64,000 bases of DNA, taken from Verrucomicrobiia bacterium. Its GTDB lineage: Bacteria; Verrucomicrobiota; Verrucomicrobiia; Limisphaerales; UBA1319. A program made the position numbers and the translations under genes. The DNA is taken from the NCBI GenBank assembly GCA_963664225.1, contig OY760937.1:3296001-3360000 (forward strand), given 5' to 3'. The notes beneath the pieces were generated by a model that had not been told where the DNA came from, did not search any database, and saw nothing but the letters and a program-made list of their open reading frames with translations. This document shows, piece after piece, positions 42,309 through 52,243 of this stretch. The first letter of the stretch is position 1. Every line of letters begins with the position of its first letter.

Positions 42309-42965
42309 TCACGCCATTTCGAGGACGGCCTGGACGAGTTTGTTGATGCCGGCCTCGGCTTCGGTGATGCGTTTGGCGAGCATGTAGGCGGGGGTGGAAA
42401 CGATCTTCTGGCGTTTATCGATGACCACGTTGTGGACGGTGCAGGCGACGTGTCGTGCGCCGGAGGATTGGAGTGTGGCGGCGGTGTCGGCGTCGCTGCC
42501 GATGGTGAATTCCACTTTTTCGGGGCCAAAGAGTTTCGCGCCAATGGCGGGTGCGATGCAGACAAAGCCGATGGGTTTTCCCTGCTTGTGCACTTCCTGA
42601 AGCAGGCGTGAGACTTCCTGGTTCACGCCGAATTTCTCGCCTTGCAGGGCGTAGGTGCAGAGATTGCTCACTGCGCCGAAACCGCCGGGCAGGATTACCG
42701 CGTCGATGTCTGATGCTTTGAGCTGGCTTAGAGGCGTGATATTGCCACGGGCGATGCGCGCGGACTCGGTGAGCACGTTGCGCATTTCGGTGGTTACGGG
42801 CTGGTGGTTGAGGTGGTTGGTGACGTGGTGCTGTGGAATGTCCGGCGCGGCGCAAACGACCTGGGCATTGGCCCGGTCCAGCGCCAGAAGAATAAGAACG
42901 GATTCGTGAATTTCGGAACCGTCATAAACACCGCATCCCGAAAAGATAACCGCCACTTTTTTCAT
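42309..42965 (-). CDS. elbB: ElbB/ES1 glyoxalase-like (DJ-1 superfamily) protein
   Basis: SGCGVYDGSEIHE, RNVLTESARIARG, PGGFGA, CIAP and STPAYM. Confidence 0.93.
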   Translation of the reverse strand: MKKVAVIFSGCGVYDGSEIHESVLILLALDRANAQVVCAAPDIPQHHVTNHLNHQPVTTEMRNVLTESARIARGNITPLSQLKASDIDAVILPGGFGAVSNLCTYALQGEKFGVNQEVSRLLQEVHKQGKPIGFVCIAPAIGAKLFGPEKVEFTIGSDADTAATLQSSGARHVACTVHNVVIDKRQKIVSTPAYMLAKRITEAEAGINKLVQAVLEMA

Positions 42966-43233
42966 GGTCGTATTATACATTATACGGGGCATGCATGCAA
43001 GCTTAAGCCGGTCATTCTTTGCGATTCCGAATTGCTCCAAAAGGTAATGGAAACCATGCTTTGCTTCAGAAGGGTGCTGTCCAAGTCATGCATCCGTCTT
43101 TTGATCTGGCATTGCCCTGAAACATTTCGTCGTGAAATTACATTTTCCTGTCCAAATCACCTTTCCCGCTGGAAGTAATTTGGGAAAAATGCTGCACTCA
43201 GACCGTTGACCCATTGGAACTCGAAACAGTTTT

Positions 43234-44316
43234 ATGAAGAGATTAATGATATTATCTGCGGTGTTGTTGTCCGCACTCATCGGCTCGTCACAGGCGGCGG
43301 AGAAAACTTTTATCGATTATTTTCTGCCGATGCCCATCCAGAGCACTTTGGTGTCTAACGTGTGGGGCGCTCCGGGAGTTTTCCCGCGCGATCCGCAGAA
43401 CGGCCTGGAGGATGTGACCATGAAACAGTGGTGTTACTGGGACGGCCAGATTATCAAGGGGCCGGAAGGCAAATATCACATGTTTGCCAGCCGCTGGGAT
43501 CAGGCAAAAGGGCACAACGGCTGGTGGAGTTCGCTGGCGGTGCATGCGGTCAGTGATAAAGTCACCGGGCCGTATGGGGACAAGGGCCTTTGCTGGCCAG
43601 ATAATCAGGGTGGAAAAGGGCACAACGTGACGGCGCTGGTTCTGCCGGACGGACGCTATGCCGTCGTGGTCAGCGAGACCCGGCCGGGCGATGTCTTTGT
43701 ATCCAAGTCCCTGGATGGCCCCTGGGATTTACTTGGAACGATCAAGGTGGCCACCAATGATTTCAGCGGCGAGGGACGCATGTCCAACGTGAGCATCATG
43801 GTTCGTCCCGATGGCGATTTCATGATCGTGCCAAGGTCCGGTGCCATTCTGATCAGCAAAGAGGGCGTCCTTGGGCCTTACACAGTCCAGGGCCCAAGTG
43901 TTTATCCGAAGGTGGCCGGCCTTCCATTGCGCGATCTGGAAGATCCGGTGGTGTGGCATAGCGGGGGATTGTATCACATCGTGGTCAACGGCTGGAGCGA
44001 CCGCAAGGCCTATCACATTACCTCCGTCGATGGCATCAATCACTGGACCTTCCGGGGACTGGCTTACGATCCGACGAAGGACTTTGTGCGTTATACCGAT
44101 GGGACCGTCAACCATTGGGAAAAGCTGGAACGCCCCGGCGTTATCCTTGAGAATGGCCATGTGATTGCCGTCACCCTAGCGGCCCTGGACGTTCCCAAAG
44201 ACGAGGAAAAGGGAAACGACGCCCACGGCAGCAAGATCATCGTGATTCCATTCGATGGCGCCGCTTTGGATCGCGATCTGCAAAACCTTTCCAAACCGGG
44301 AGAGGCTTCGAAGTAA
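43234..44316 (+). CDS. Secreted five-bladed beta-propeller glycoside hydrolase (GH43-like)
   Basis: Signal peptide; YWDGQIIK..GKYHMFASRW, GHN, EDPVVW and LERP. Confidence 0.7.
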   Translation: MKRLMILSAVLLSALIGSSQAAEKTFIDYFLPMPIQSTLVSNVWGAPGVFPRDPQNGLEDVTMKQWCYWDGQIIKGPEGKYHMFASRWDQAKGHNGWWSSLAVHAVSDKVTGPYGDKGLCWPDNQGGKGHNVTALVLPDGRYAVVVSETRPGDVFVSKSLDGPWDLLGTIKVATNDFSGEGRMSNVSIMVRPDGDFMIVPRSGAILISKEGVLGPYTVQGPSVYPKVAGLPLRDLEDPVVWHSGGLYHIVVNGWSDRKAYHITSVDGINHWTFRGLAYDPTKDFVRYTDGTVNHWEKLERPGVILENGHVIAVTLAALDVPKDEEKGNDAHGSKIIVIPFDGAALDRDLQNLSKPGEASK

Positions 44317-44502
44317 GAAATCCACACATCGATCATGCCCCAACCCGTCGCGATGGACTCTGGCCGCCGCCCTGGCCGGCCAGTGCCGTTTTGCTTTGAC
44401 GGGGATCACATGACCTTGGTGATCCCCTCGTAATATTCCTTCAACAGCCCCGTGACCACAGTCGCTGTCTGCAATCCTGCATTCTGACAGACTCATGAAA
44501 GT

Positions 44503-44516
44503 TTGACGCAGGTCAA
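44503..44516 (+). promoter_or_regulatory. CRP/FNR-family box
   Basis: Perfect palindrome TTGAC-gcag-GTCAA (FNR consensus TTGAT-N4-ATCAA) upstream of an extended -10 TGcTATATT at 44535-44543. Confidence 0.65.
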
Positions 44517-44539
44517 TTCTGGCGACCGGTAACGTGCTA

Positions 44540-44563
44540 TATTGTGAACGGTTATTCACAATA
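44540..44563 (+). promoter_or_regulatory. Probable TetR operator
   Basis: Perfect palindrome TATTGTGAA-N6-TTCACAATA overlapping the -10, 3 bp before the tetR ATG. Confidence 0.7.
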
Positions 44564-44566
44564 CCA

Positions 44567-45169
44567 ATGCGCGCGGCTAAAAGAAAAACCGAAGTTCGCC
44601 AGGAACAAATTGCGCAATCTGCGCTGACGCTGATTGCCCGACATGGTTTCCATCGTCTGAGTATTGCAGCGCTGGCGAGGGAGGTGGGCGTGGTGCCCTC
44701 TGCCATTTATCGCCATTACCAGGGGAAGGAGGAGGTGCTGGATGCGGTCCTGGAATTGGTCTCCCAACGATTACTGGAAAATGTGGAAGCCGCGCGGCGG
44801 GAGACTGCGAACGCTCTGGAGCGCCTCCACGCCCTGCTGATGCGACACGTGGCTCTTGTTCAAAACGGCGTGCCCATTCCACGGGTGGTTTTCTCGGAGG
44901 AAATCTTCACCGGGCACAGAAAGCGCCGTCAGCGCGTGCATCAGATTTTCCAGCAATATCTCGGCCGTGTTGCCGGGATGATTCAGGAGGGACAACGCGC
45001 CGGGGCCATCAGAAGCGAGTTTTCGCCTGTAACCTTGTCCGTGATGTTTCTGGGCCTGGTGCAACCTTCCGCAATTCTCTGGTTGATGAGCGAAGGCGAA
45101 TTTGATTTTCCGCAACACGTTCAAAACGCCTGGCAAGTGTATTGCCGGATGATCCAGACAAAGAATTAA
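44567..45169 (+). CDS. TetR/AcrR family regulator
   Basis: RQEQIAQSAL...LAREVGVVPSAIYRHY HTH. Confidence 0.92.
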   Translation: MRAAKRKTEVRQEQIAQSALTLIARHGFHRLSIAALAREVGVVPSAIYRHYQGKEEVLDAVLELVSQRLLENVEAARRETANALERLHALLMRHVALVQNGVPIPRVVFSEEIFTGHRKRRQRVHQIFQQYLGRVAGMIQEGQRAGAIRSEFSPVTLSVMFLGLVQPSAILWLMSEGEFDFPQHVQNAWQVYCRMIQTKN

Positions 45170-45218
45170 AAGGGGCGCGCGCCCATCGTTTTAAAAAACA
45201 ACCACACATTATAAAAAT

Positions 45219-45578
45219 ATGGAATCAACACCGAAATCCAAAGGAGTGCCAGTGGCACAACCCGCCAAAACCCTTGAATTGGTCAATTACCAGGAAGGCT
45301 CTGTGGTCAGCCGGGAAATCCTCAAGAAGCCCACTGGCAATGTGACTCTGTTCGCCTTCGATGAAGGCCAGGGTCTGAGCGAGCACACGGCCCCGTTTGA
45401 CGCCCTGGCGCAAGTGCTGGAAGGTGAAGCGGAAATCACCATTTCCGGCAAGCCAAACCGGGTGACAGCGGGCGAACTGATTCTCATGCCCGCCGGACAA
45501 CCCCATGCCCTAAAGGCGATCCAGCGGTTCAAAATGATCCTGACCATGATCCGCGCCAGCCAACAGCCATCTTCCTGA
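45219..45578 (+). CDS. Cupin domain protein
   Basis: LFAFDEGQGLSEHTAP, LEGEA and MPAGQPHAL. Confidence 0.9.
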   Translation: MESTPKSKGVPVAQPAKTLELVNYQEGSVVSREILKKPTGNVTLFAFDEGQGLSEHTAPFDALAQVLEGEAEITISGKPNRVTAGELILMPAGQPHALKAIQRFKMILTMIRASQQPSS

Positions 45579-45585
45579 TATACTT

Positions 45586-47859
45586 ATGAATGAAACCCCT
45601 CGTTCCTATCGCAAGTTATGGCTGAGTTTGATCAGCGTCATGGTCCTCTCCTTTGCCGTGCTGGGCTATTACGGCACTGAAATATACCGACAGGCTCCAC
45701 CGGTTCCCAAGCGGGTCATCACGACGGATGGCAAAGTCCTGTTTACCGGGCAGGACATCAAGGACGGTCAGAATGTCTGGCAATCCATGGGTGGCCAGGA
45801 GGTCGGCACCATCTGGGGACATGGCGCCTATGTGGCCCCCGATTGGTCCGCAGACTGGCTGCATCGCGAAGCCGCATGGTTGCTGGACCACTGGGCCATT
45901 GAATCCGGTGGCAGGAATTACGAGCAACTCACGCTCGAACAACAGGCCGCGCTGCGGCAGCGGTTGAAGACTGAAATTCGCTCGAACACCTACAACGCAC
46001 AGACGGGTGATATCGTCGTTTCACCGGCGCGCGCCGAAGCCATTCAGGCGGTGAGCGCCCATTACACGAGTCTCTTTGGCAGTGACACGAACCTCCAGAC
46101 TCTGCGCAAGGCTTATGCGATCCCAGCCAATTCCATCAAAGATCCCGAGCGCCAGCGGTTGATGAACTCCTTCTTCTTCTGGGCCGCCTGGGCCTGTGGC
46201 ACGGAAAGGCCGGGGAGCACGATCACCTACACCCAAAACTGGCCGGCCGAAGCACTGATCGACAACCATCCAACCGGTTCAATCATCGTCTGGTCGGTGA
46301 TCAGCTTTGTCGTTCTGCTGGCCGCAGTCGGCGCGATGGTCTGGTATTTTGCAATCCAGCGACACAAGAACCCGGAGGAACCAATCATTGTGCCGCAATC
46401 GGATCCGTTGCTGGCCCTCCAGGCCACTCCGTCCATGAGAGCGACATTGAAATACTTTTGGGTGGTTGCGGCATTGCTGGTCGTTCAGGTGGCGCTTGGC
46501 GCGGTGACCGCGCACTACGGCGTGGAAGGGGATGCGTTTTACGGAATCCCGCTCAGCCAGTGGCTGCCGTACTCGGTGGCCCGCACATGGCATACGCAGC
46601 TCGGCATTTTCTGGATTGCCACCGCCTGGCTGGCCACGGGATTGTTTGTGGCGCCGGCCGTTTCCGGCTACGAACCGCGCTGGCAGAAACTCGGGGTCAA
46701 CTTCCTCTTTGTCTGCCTGCTTGTGATTGTCGTTGGTTCTCTCGCTGGCGAGTGGCTCGGAGTGCAGCAAAGACTGGGATACGGCGCCAACTTCTGGTTC
46801 GGCCATCAGGGCTACGAATACGTGGACTTGGGCCGTTTCTGGCAGATATTTTTGCTGATAGGACTGTTCCTGTGGCTTTTCCTGATGGGTGGTTCGCTGT
46901 GGCCTGCATTCAAGAATCCGGGTCCGAATCGCCACTTGCTCGCCTTGTTCCTGGTGGCTTCAGCGGCCATTGCGATGTTCTATGGAGCCGGGTTGATGTG
47001 GGGACGCCAGACCCATCTGGCGATGGCCGAATATTGGCGCTGGTGGGTGGTGCATCTCTGGGTGGAAGGCTTTTTTGAGGTTTTCGCCACAGTAGTGATC
47101 GCGTTTCTCTTTACACGCATGGGCTTGCTCAAAACCGCAAGCGCGACAACCGCGGTTATTTTCTCGACGGTGATATTCCTCTCCGGCGGAATCCTGGGTA
47201 CGTTCCACCATCTCTATTTCAGTGGAACCCCCACGGCCATTCTAGCCCTTGGTGCGACCTTCAGCGCCTTGGAAGTGGTGCCGCTGGTTTTGATAGGATT
47301 TGAAGGTTACGAAAATCTGACGCTCAGCCGGGCGCGCCCTTGGGTGGGGGCTTACAAATGGCCGATCTATTTCTTTGTGGCGGTGGCCTTCTGGAATCTG
47401 GTCGGCGCTGGCTTGTTCGGGTTCCTGATCAATCCGCCCATCGCCCTCTATTATATGCAGGGCTTGAACACCACTCCGGTCCATGGGCACGCGGCTCTGT
47501 TTGGTGTTTATGGCATGTTGGGCATTGGGTTGATGCTCTTTTGCCTGCGCGGGTTGACCCAGCAAATGGCCTGGAAATCAGGCGTGCTTTCATTCAGCTT
47601 CTGGGCGTTGAATATCGGCCTCGCACTAATGATTCTCCTGAGCCTGCTGCCGGTTGGCTTGATGCAGACCTGGGCGAGTGTGGAACACGGCATGTGGTAT
47701 GCGCGTTCGGCGGAGTTCCTGCAACACGGCGTCATGAACGATCTGCGCTGGATGCGGGTCATCGGCGATACGATCTTCGCGTTCGGAGCCATTGGCATCG
47801 GGTGGTTTGTGCTGGGACTCAAGACCGGATGGTCTCATGCAGGGCCGAGAACGGAGTAA
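45586..47859 (+). CDS. norB: Quinol-dependent nitric oxide reductase (qNor)
   Basis: WGHGAYVAPDWSADWLH, RTWH, GHQGYEY, HLWVEG, GTFHH, ALEVVP and PVHGH. Confidence 0.95.
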   Translation: MNETPRSYRKLWLSLISVMVLSFAVLGYYGTEIYRQAPPVPKRVITTDGKVLFTGQDIKDGQNVWQSMGGQEVGTIWGHGAYVAPDWSADWLHREAAWLLDHWAIESGGRNYEQLTLEQQAALRQRLKTEIRSNTYNAQTGDIVVSPARAEAIQAVSAHYTSLFGSDTNLQTLRKAYAIPANSIKDPERQRLMNSFFFWAAWACGTERPGSTITYTQNWPAEALIDNHPTGSIIVWSVISFVVLLAAVGAMVWYFAIQRHKNPEEPIIVPQSDPLLALQATPSMRATLKYFWVVAALLVVQVALGAVTAHYGVEGDAFYGIPLSQWLPYSVARTWHTQLGIFWIATAWLATGLFVAPAVSGYEPRWQKLGVNFLFVCLLVIVVGSLAGEWLGVQQRLGYGANFWFGHQGYEYVDLGRFWQIFLLIGLFLWLFLMGGSLWPAFKNPGPNRHLLALFLVASAAIAMFYGAGLMWGRQTHLAMAEYWRWWVVHLWVEGFFEVFATVVIAFLFTRMGLLKTASATTAVIFSTVIFLSGGILGTFHHLYFSGTPTAILALGATFSALEVVPLVLIGFEGYENLTLSRARPWVGAYKWPIYFFVAVAFWNLVGAGLFGFLINPPIALYYMQGLNTTPVHGHAALFGVYGMLGIGLMLFCLRGLTQQMAWKSGVLSFSFWALNIGLALMILLSLLPVGLMQTWASVEHGMWYARSAEFLQHGVMNDLRWMRVIGDTIFAFGAIGIGWFVLGLKTGWSHAGPRTE

Positions 47860-48250
47860 AACGTTGATGTGTAGTTGACGTTTTTTGGTTGTTTCGCAGT
47901 GGGTCAGGATGGTCCCGTTGTGACCATCCCGGCCAACGGGCTTGTTTCCAGCCCCCGGTAATATTACGGAAATGCCGGGTCAATTGTTTTTCCGGCAGAA
48001 CTGCGAGTCACATTGCAAGAACCGGCCATCTGCTTTCTTTGCTGCGCCTTCAGATTCCATGGTAACGCTCCCGGCGTCCGCTGCTTATTTTGCTTTTCAA
48101 AGTTGTGGTAGCGGATTACAAAAACGCGCACCTTATGATGGAATTCATTGGGAAATATGAGGAGCTTCAAAAACTCGTTGACCGGCTGAATGGCGTGGGA
48201 TTCAACCTGGACGCTGGGGCGGTGGAACGCGGGCAACGGCCTGGCGGCAA

Positions 48251-48781
48251 ATGAAGAAGGTGGTTCTTTATTCTGACGGAGCGTGTGAGGGAAATCCCGG
48301 GCCGGGCGGTTGGGCGGTGGTTCTGACTTACGGCCAACATCAGCGGGAAATCGCCGGTGGTGTTCCAGCGACGACCAACAATCGAATGGAACTCAAGGCT
48401 GCGGTCGAAGGACTCAAGGCACTCAACGCACGCTGTGAAGTGGAGTTCTTTACCGATTCGCAATACGTTCAAAACGGCATTTCGGAATGGATCAGGGGCT
48501 GGAAAGTCAGGGGTTGGAAGACCAAGGATAAGAAAGCGGTCAAGAATGAAGACCTGTGGAGGGAGCTTGATGCCGAATCTGCAAAGCACCTGGTGACCTG
48601 GCGATGGCTCAAGGGACATGCAGGCCACGAAATGAATGAGCGGTGCGACTTGCTCGCCAAAAAGGAAATTCTGAAAATTCGTCAGAGTTACAGCCCGGAA
48701 AAACTCAAATCGAGTCTGGGAGAATTCAGACGCATTCTTGCCGCCGCCGACTCCAATGGAAATCTTCCCGGCTTGACCTGA
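48251..48781 (+). CDS. rnhA: Ribonuclease HI
   Basis: [34 protein letters not shown] and [13 protein letters not shown]. Confidence 0.95.
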   Translation: MKKVVLYSDGACEGNPGPGGWAVVLTYGQHQREIAGGVPATTNNRMELKAAVEGLKALNARCEVEFFTDSQYVQNGISEWIRGWKVRGWKTKDKKAVKNEDLWRELDAESAKHLVTWRWLKGHAGHEMNERCDLLAKKEILKIRQSYSPEKLKSSLGEFRRILAAADSNGNLPGLT

Positions 48782-49110
48782 TCCATGCCTGCGCTGAAAT
48801 GGGTGACCACTGAGTTTGCCGCTGAATTTCCCATAGTGCTCTTCAAACGCAAACCAGGTTGCGGAATCAGTCATCGGTGCGGTTCGTGCAACGGCACGTG
48901 ACTTTCAGCCCGATGACCATCTTGCCATTGGTGCCAACAGCTCGGTTTGAAAAAATGGCTCCGTGACGGAACGGCGAAGCTTGTGCCTGTTTCGATAAAT
49001 GGGACAATCGAACACAAAGCCGCGACAGCCAAATTATGGGCGTCGGCGACCAGCGCCTTCAGGCCTTGGGCAATGGAGGATACCCAACGTGGAGAACTGG
49101 CGATAATCGA

Positions 49111-50748
49111 TCACTTGGAAGCCGCGTTCTTCCGCTTCATCATTTTCTGATACGCGGCCGTTTGCTCAGGAGTCGTAAGATAGGGTACCAAATCCTCTAA
49201 TTTGAGTGTCTTAGTACCGTTAATAATCGGCGAAGCTTCAAACGCCGCTTTCATCGCTGAAGCAAGAATACTCATCTCCTGCAAATCTCCAGCACTGGTG
49301 CCTCTGAAACCGTTTTTCCCAACAGCCTGTATCGCTTCTGAATCGGGAGATTTTAGCGTGATGAGCCAACCATTTGTCTCTCCTGAACCATCCCACTTTG
49401 GAACGTTGCTCTCAGGTACGATTTGGTAGCGTCTCAAGATTTCGTCTGCCGGGGGAGTATCGAAATAGGACGCCAGTTGTGAAAGTTCTGTGGGAAACTC
49501 TCCATGATGGTTTTCCAGAAACTTTCGCAACGCTGTCTCCGCAATCTGAAGGAAGTGGTTTTCGCCACTCGCACGCAGACGGTCAAAAGCTGCACGGTAA
49601 TCATCATCCGTATCCAGTTTGTGACTGGCAGCATTAAGCCAATCCGCATCAGTTAAAAACTTTAGTTCAGGGATTTGCGCTTCCGGGGTTTGCTCCAGTC
49701 GTTGTCTGAGCCGCCCAACCCGGTCGAGCCATGATTTATCTGCCGAACCAGCCACACCGCTCTCTTCCCTCGACCTTAATTCTGATTCCCGGCGCAATCG
49801 GGTTACTTCACCACGTAGAGCCAACAATTCCCGATCGTTTCTGCTTGCTTTCGCCAATGTGTCGGCCATTCCGACCAGACGATTTGTCGCGTCACTAAGT
49901 TCGCGCTGCAATTGCTCGATGCTTGCTTTCAACGGCGCCTGCCCTTGTTGGAGCGTTTGCGTTTCTGCGCGGGCGTTTGCTGCCTGGCGGGATTCGTAGA
50001 TTCCTGTGCCCACGGCGGCGGCGAACACGACAGTAACAATAGTTTTTTGGAGTGTGGTCATGGCAACAGTTTTGGAGGCGGCAATAACTGCCGTGGTGGT
50101 GATGGCGGTTCCCGAAAGTGCGGCGGCAGTAATGGTGGCGGCGAGTCCTGCAGGTGCGGCTTGGACGGAATTTGCGGTAATGACTCCAGCAATCAACCCT
50201 TCTGAAACGGAAACGCCTTTCTTGGAAAAGAATTTCCGCAGTTTTTCTACAGCACGATTTACCTGCATGCGTGCCGCGTCCTCAGTTGTTCCCATTGCGG
50301 CCCCGACCTGTTTTAATTCCCTGCCGTCAAAAAATCGGAGTACGACGGCATCGTGCTCCTTTTCACCCAACGAGTTTAATGCCTCATCCAATAGCGGTGC
50401 TATTTGCTTCCAGGTGTCGGAATCCGGTTCGTTCAAAAGCGATTGCATCTGTGACTTCTGTTCGCGGAATTGACGTCGGTGTTCAGTTCTTATTGTGTTG
50501 GCGGCGATATTTCGTGCGGTGCGGCAAAGCCAGCCAGAAAGAATTGTCTCCGGACCAAGTGATTTTGCTTTTCGGGCCAGGAGGATGAACACGGCTTGGG
50601 AAACTTCCTCAGCCAAATGAGAGTTTCGGACCTGGCGCAGGGCGACTGAATAAACCAGATTGATATGCTGCGATACCAGCGTGGCAAACGCCTGTTCGGA
50701 ATTGCTCTGGGCATATTCCTGCACAAGCGTCATATCGTCATTCATCAT
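49111..50748 (-). CDS. ECF sigma-70 factor with TM/coiled-coil C-terminal extension (paralogue A)
   Basis: [37 protein letters not shown] and EDAARMQVNRA; Ala/Thr-rich hydrophobic segment. Confidence 0.88.
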   Translation of the reverse strand: MMNDDMTLVQEYAQSNSEQAFATLVSQHINLVYSVALRQVRNSHLAEEVSQAVFILLARKAKSLGPETILSGWLCRTARNIAANTIRTEHRRQFREQKSQMQSLLNEPDSDTWKQIAPLLDEALNSLGEKEHDAVVLRFFDGRELKQVGAAMGTTEDAARMQVNRAVEKLRKFFSKKGVSVSEGLIAGVITANSVQAAPAGLAATITAAALSGTAITTTAVIAASKTVAMTTLQKTIVTVVFAAAVGTGIYESRQAANARAETQTLQQGQAPLKASIEQLQRELSDATNRLVGMADTLAKASRNDRELLALRGEVTRLRRESELRSREESGVAGSADKSWLDRVGRLRQRLEQTPEAQIPELKFLTDADWLNAASHKLDTDDDYRAAFDRLRASGENHFLQIAETALRKFLENHHGEFPTELSQLASYFDTPPADEILRRYQIVPESNVPKWDGSGETNGWLITLKSPDSEAIQAVGKNGFRGTSAGDLQEMSILASAMKAAFEASPIINGTKTLKLEDLVPYLTTPEQTAAYQKMMKRKNAASK

Positions 50749-51044
50749 GTCATTGGTATATGTCCGCTAACGTGAAAACCGAACAAATATTTTGGAAGGC
50801 TTTTTGGAAATGGATTTCGGAATGCCCGCCCCTGTATTCGGCTGCTTTGTCGCCACCACGTAATCCAAAAGGCCAGTTGGTTCGGCCAAAAAGAGCGAGC
50901 GTCGGCTCGTCTGCCGTCAATGGATTTGACGTTCATAGCGAACAGAATGCCCGGCATGCGCAGAAAGGGTCTGGCTGCGACCTGAACGGTAGAGGTTACG
51001 CGGATGAAACCGTTGGTGGCTCAGATGAGTGAAAAAATTGAGGA

Positions 51045-51120
51045 TGGGGTGGCCGACGGGACTCGAACCCGCAACAACAAGCTCCACAAGCTTGGACTCT
51101 ACCATTGAGCTACGACCACC
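51045..51120 (-). tRNA. tRNA-His (GTG)
   Basis: Reverse complement GGTGGTCGTAGCTCAATGGTAGAG...TTGTGGA...GGGTTCGAGTCCCGTCGGCCACCCCA, with G-1:C73 pair and encoded CCA. Confidence 0.97.
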
Positions 51121-51202
51121 AATCCGGCTAGCAAATTTATCAGGAACGCCACCCGCGTCAAGCGCCGGATCCGCTATTTTTGGGCGTGAAAACCGCCCCT
51201 CT

Positions 51203-52243
51203 TTACCATTCGATGATCGCCGCGCCCCACGTCAACCCCGCGCCGAACACCACGAGTAGAACGTAGTCGCCCGTTTTGATCCGACCTGTGCGAACCGCTT
51301 CGTCCAGGGCGATGGCCACGGAAGCGGCAGAGGTGTTTCCGTATTTGTGCAGGTTGAGAAATACCTGCTCAGGTTTGGCGTCGAGACGGTCCCGAACGGC
51401 CTCGATGATGCGCAAGTTGGCCTGGTGCGGAATGATGCAGGCTATCTGGGACACCTCCAGACCGGCGCGGAAAAGAGCTTCCTTGCCCGCCAGGCACATG
51501 GCGTTGACGGCGTTCTTAAAGGCTTCCTTGCCTTCCATGCGCAAATAATGCAGCCGGGCGTCGACCGAGGCATGCGTAGCCGGGCAGCGGCTGCCCCCGC
51601 CGGGCATTTGGAGGAGTTCGGATTTTCCGCCGTCGGCTCCCAGACAGGTGGAGATAAGTCCATGCGCGCCAGGACGGTTCTGGAGGATTGCCGCGCCCGC
51701 GCCGTCGCCAAAGAGCACGCAGGTGTTGCGGTCTGTCCAATCGACGATGGAGGAAAGTTTCTCGGCCCCAATCACCAGCACGGTGTTGTAAGTGCCGGAC
51801 ATCACGAACTGGCGTCCGATCTCGAGTCCGTAAATGAAACCCGAGCAGGCGGCTTCGATGTCAAAGGTGGCCGCGCGGCTTGCGCCAATTTTTTCCTGAA
51901 CCAGGCACGAGGTCGCGGGAAACGGCATGTCGGGCGTGATGGTGGCGACGATGATCAAATCGATCTGGTCGGCCTCGATTCCGGCCATTTCGATGGCGCG
52001 CCGGGCGGCGTTGGTCGCCAGGTCGGAGGTGAATTCATCCGCGGCCGCGATGTGTCGTTCCTTGATCCCGGTGCGGGTGGTGATCCAATCGTCGCTCGTC
52101 TCAACCAGTTTTTCCAACTCGGCGTTGGTCATGAGCCGTTGAGGGACATAAGATCCCACGCCGACAATGGAGCAGGTGCGGCCTTTGAAATCGGGAGCGC
52201 TATGCGGAGTTTTGCTGCGCGAGGGTTTGGGGGTGTTTGTCAT
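51203..52243 (-). CDS. fabH: Beta-ketoacyl-ACP synthase III
   Basis: AACSGF, FGDGAGA, HQAN, GNTSAAS and FGAGLTWG. Confidence 0.97.
   Translation of the reverse strand: MTNTPKPSRSKTPHSAPDFKGRTCSIVGVGSYVPQRLMTNAELEKLVETSDDWITTRTGIKERHIAAADEFTSDLATNAARRAIEMAGIEADQIDLIIVATITPDMPFPATSCLVQEKIGASRAATFDIEAACSGFIYGLEIGRQFVMSGTYNTVLVIGAEKLSSIVDWTDRNTCVLFGDGAGAAILQNRPGAHGLISTCLGADGGKSELLQMPGGGSRCPATHASVDARLHYLRMEGKEAFKNAVNAMCLAGKEALFRAGLEVSQIACIIPHQANLRIIEAVRDRLDAKPEQVFLNLHKYGNTSAASVAIALDEAVRTGRIKTGDYVLLVVFGAGLTWGAAIIEW

Noticed and set aside
44542..44561. Rex operator
   Set aside because: The arms match TTGTGAA/TTCACAA but the spacer is 6 bp rather than 4; a TetR operator is the simpler explanation
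49020..49110. attC sites downstream of the extended ECF genes (also 58390-58495)
   Set aside because: Only vague hairpins; the R boxes are too degenerate to support a call
47860..51045. Genomic island integrated at tRNA-His
   Set aside because: No integrase and no convincing duplicate of the tRNA 3' end was seen
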